From Squalus acanthias (Eukaryota), in contig CM059431.1 of the NCBI GenBank assembly GCA_030390025.1, positions 122,266,001-122,330,000 of the forward strand: a stretch of DNA of 64,000 nt, given 5' to 3'. The notes beneath the pieces were generated by a model. The model worked only from the letters and a program-made list of their open reading frames with translations. It had not been told where the DNA came from and searched no databases. Shown here one piece after another: positions 61,549-64,000 of this stretch. A program made the position numbers and the translations under genes. The first letter of the stretch is position 1. Each line of letters starts with the position of its first letter.

Positions 61549-63877
61549 ACATAAGAACATAAGAACATAAGAAATAGGAGCAGGAGTAGACCAATCGGCC
61601 CCTCGAGCCTGCTCCGCCATTCAATGAGATCATGGCTGATCTGATCCAACCTCAACTCTAAAGAACACAAGAAGTAGGAGCAGGACCAGGCGACTCGGCC
61701 CCTGGGCCCACTCCGCCACCCACAGGGCCTTGACCGATCCGAACATAAACTCATGTCCAATTTCCTGCCCGCTCCCCATAACCCCTAATTCCCTTTACTT
61801 CTAGGAAACGGTCTATTTCTGTTTTAAATTTATTTAATGAAGTAGCTTCCACAGCTTCCTGGGGTAGCAAATTCCACAGACCCACTACCCTCTGAGTGAA
61901 AAAGTTTCTCCTCATCTCAGTTTTGAAAGAGCAGCCCCTTATTCTAAGATTATGTCCCCTAGTTCTAGTTTCACCCATCATTGGGAACATCCTCACCGCG
62001 TCCACCCGATCAAGCCCCTTCACAATCTTATATGTTTCAATAAGATCGCCTCTCATTCTTCTGAACTCCAATGAGTAGAGCCCCAATCTACTCAACCTTT
62101 CCTCGTATGTCCACCCCCTCATCCCCGGAATTAACCGAGTGAACCTTCTTTGTACTGCCTCGAGAGCAAGTATGTCTTTTCTTAAGTATGGACACCAAAA
62201 CTGTATGCAGTACTCCAGGTGCGGTCTCACCAATACCCTATACAACTGCAGCAATACCTTCCTGTTTTTATATTCTATCCCCCTAGCAATAAAAGCCAAC
62301 ATTCCATTGGCTTTCTTGATCACCTGCTGCACCTGCATACTAACTTTTTGATTTTCTTGCACCAAGACCCCCAGATCCCTTTTTACTGCAGTACTTTCCA
62401 GTTTCTCGCCATTAAGATAATAACTTGCTCTCTTATTTTTCCTGCCAAAGTGCATAACCTCACATTTTCCAATATTGTATTGCATCTGCCAAATCTCTGC
62501 CCACTCACCCAGCCTGTCTATATCCCCTTGTAGGTTTTTTATGTCCTCCTCACTCTCTACTTTCCCTCCCATCTTTGTATCATCTGCAAACTTTGATATG
62601 TTACACTCGGTCCCCTCCTCCAAATCGTTAATATAGATTGTAAAGAGTTGGGGACCCAGCACTGACCCCTGCGGAACACCACTGGCTACTGGTTGCCAGT
62701 CCGAGAATGAACCATTTATCCCAACTCTCTGCTTCCTGTTAGATAACCAATCCTCCACCCATGCCAGAATATTCCCCCCAATCCAATGATTTTTTATCTT
62801 GAGTAATAATCTTTTATGTGGCACCTTGTTAAATGCCTTCTGGAAGTCTAAATACACTACATCCACTGGTTCCCCTTTATCCACCCTGTACGTTATGTCC
62901 TCAAAGAACTCGAGCAAATTTGTCAGACATGACTTCCCCTTCATAAAGCCATGCTGACTTTGTCCTATTAAATTATGTTTATCTAAATGTTCCGTTACTG
63001 TCTCCTTAATAATAGACTCCAAAATTTTACCCACCACAGATGTTAGGCTAACTGGTCTATAATTTCCAGCCTTCTGCCTACAACCCTTTTTAAATAAGGG
63101 TGTTACATTAGCAGTTTTCCAATCTGCCGGGACCTTTGCTGAGTTCAGGGAGTTTTGGAAAATTATTACCAAAGCATCCACAATCCCTATTGCCACTTCC
63201 CTCAAGACCCTAGGATGTAAGCCATCAGGTCCAGGGGATTTATCCGCCTTGAGTCCCATTATTTTACTGAGTACCAATTCCCTAGTGATTTTAATCGTAT
63301 TTAGCTCCTCCCCCACTAGAGCCCCCTGTTTGTCCAGTGTTGGGATATTCTTAGTGTCCTCTACCGTAAAGACTGGAACAAAATATTTGTTCAGCATTTT
63401 TGCCATCTCCATGTTTCCCACCATTAATTTCCCGGTCTCATCCTCTAAGGGACCTACGTTTGTCTTAACCACCCTTTTTCTTTTTATATAACTATAGAAA
63501 CTCTTGCTATCTGTTTTTATATTTTTTGCTAATTTATTTTCATAGTCTATCTTCCCTTTCTTAATCAATCCTTTAGTTACTTTTTGTTGTCTTTTGAAGA
63601 CTTCCCAATCTTCTATCCTCCCACTAACTTTGGCTACCTTATATGTCCTTGTTTTTAGTTGGATACTTTCTTTAATTTCTTTACTTAGCCATGGATGGCT
63701 GTCATTTCTTTTACACCCTTTTTTCCTCAGTGGAATATATTTATTTTGAAAGTTGTAAAATAACTCCTTGAATGAACACCACTGCTCATGTACCGTCTTA
63801 CCCTTTAATCTATTTTCGCAGTCCACTTTAATCAATACTGCTCTCATACCATCATAGTCTCCTTTATTCAAGCTCAA
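61549..63877 (-). mobile_element. Young CR1 LINE, 5'-truncated
   Basis: (ACATAAGA)n tail; GTGTT on both flanks (61544-61548, 63878-63882). Confidence 0.97.
61751..63877 (-). CDS. CR1 ORF2 fragment, 708 aa, complete RT domain, no endonuclease domain
   Basis: KSPGPDGLHPRVL, PLFKKG..GNYRPVSLTS, YLDFQKAF, GVPQGSVLGP, FADD; no stops. Confidence 0.92.
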   Translation of the reverse strand: MSLNKGDYDGMRAVLIKVDCENRLKGKTVHEQWCSFKELFYNFQNKYIPLRKKGCKRNDSHPWLSKEIKESIQLKTRTYKVAKVSGRIEDWEVFKRQQKVTKGLIKKGKIDYENKLAKNIKTDSKSFYSYIKRKRVVKTNVGPLEDETGKLMVGNMEMAKMLNKYFVPVFTVEDTKNIPTLDKQGALVGEELNTIKITRELVLSKIMGLKADKSPGPDGLHPRVLREVAIGIVDALVIIFQNSLNSAKVPADWKTANVTPLFKKGCRQKAGNYRPVSLTSVVGKILESIIKETVTEHLDKHNLIGQSQHGFMKGKSCLTNLLEFFEDITYRVDKGEPVDVVYLDFQKAFNKVPHKRLLLKIKNHWIGGNILAWVEDWLSNRKQRVGINGSFSDWQPVASGVPQGSVLGPQLFTIYINDLEEGTECNISKFADDTKMGGKVESEEDIKNLQGDIDRLGEWAEIWQMQYNIGKCEVMHFGRKNKRASYYLNGEKLESTAVKRDLGVLVQENQKVSMQVQQVIKKANGMLAFIARGIEYKNRKVLLQLYRVLVRPHLEYCIQFWCPYLRKDILALEAVQRRFTRLIPGMRGWTYEERLSRLGLYSLEFRRMRGDLIETYKIVKGLDRVDAVRMFPMMGETRTRGHNLRIRGCSFKTEMRRNFFTQRVVGLWNLLPQEAVEATSLNKFKTEIDRFLEVKGIRGYGERAGNWT

Positions 63878-64000
63878 GTGTTGTTATGGGCCGTGTGTTA
63901 TGTAGTGACAGATTAGAAATCCAGGTATATAAAAGTGCCTGAATATCAGATTAAACTGCAGTTGTGCAGAGGGGTTAAAGGCATCATTTATCTTTTATCC

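Overview
This is eukaryotic, repeat-rich DNA, most likely from a cartilaginous fish (shark), inferred from HE1-type V-SINE, SacSINE1/DeuSINE-type SINEs and CR1/L2 content. No host protein-coding gene could be identified with confidence, so the window looks like a long intron or intergenic stretch. It is dominated by layered transposon insertions: many PIF/Harbinger DNA transposons (two near-complete but decayed two-gene elements with convergent DDE transposase and Myb/SANT genes, plus deletion derivatives and MITEs), CR1 LINEs (one with an uninterrupted 708-aa ORF2 fragment), L2 LINEs, an RTE LINE, tRNA-derived SINEs, a 1.63-kb solo LTR with a 4-bp TSD, an old Gypsy integrase relic and Penelope-like element (PLE) fragments. 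The most interesting signal is four minimal type-I hammerhead ribozyme motifs from two PLE families whose stems co-vary; two sit back-to-back in a perfect 86-bp inverted repeat. Most ORFs in the supplied track are spurious frames of repeats. I see no firm evidence of a wholly new system. Family names come from motif recognition, not database searches, and boundaries of old elements are approximate.
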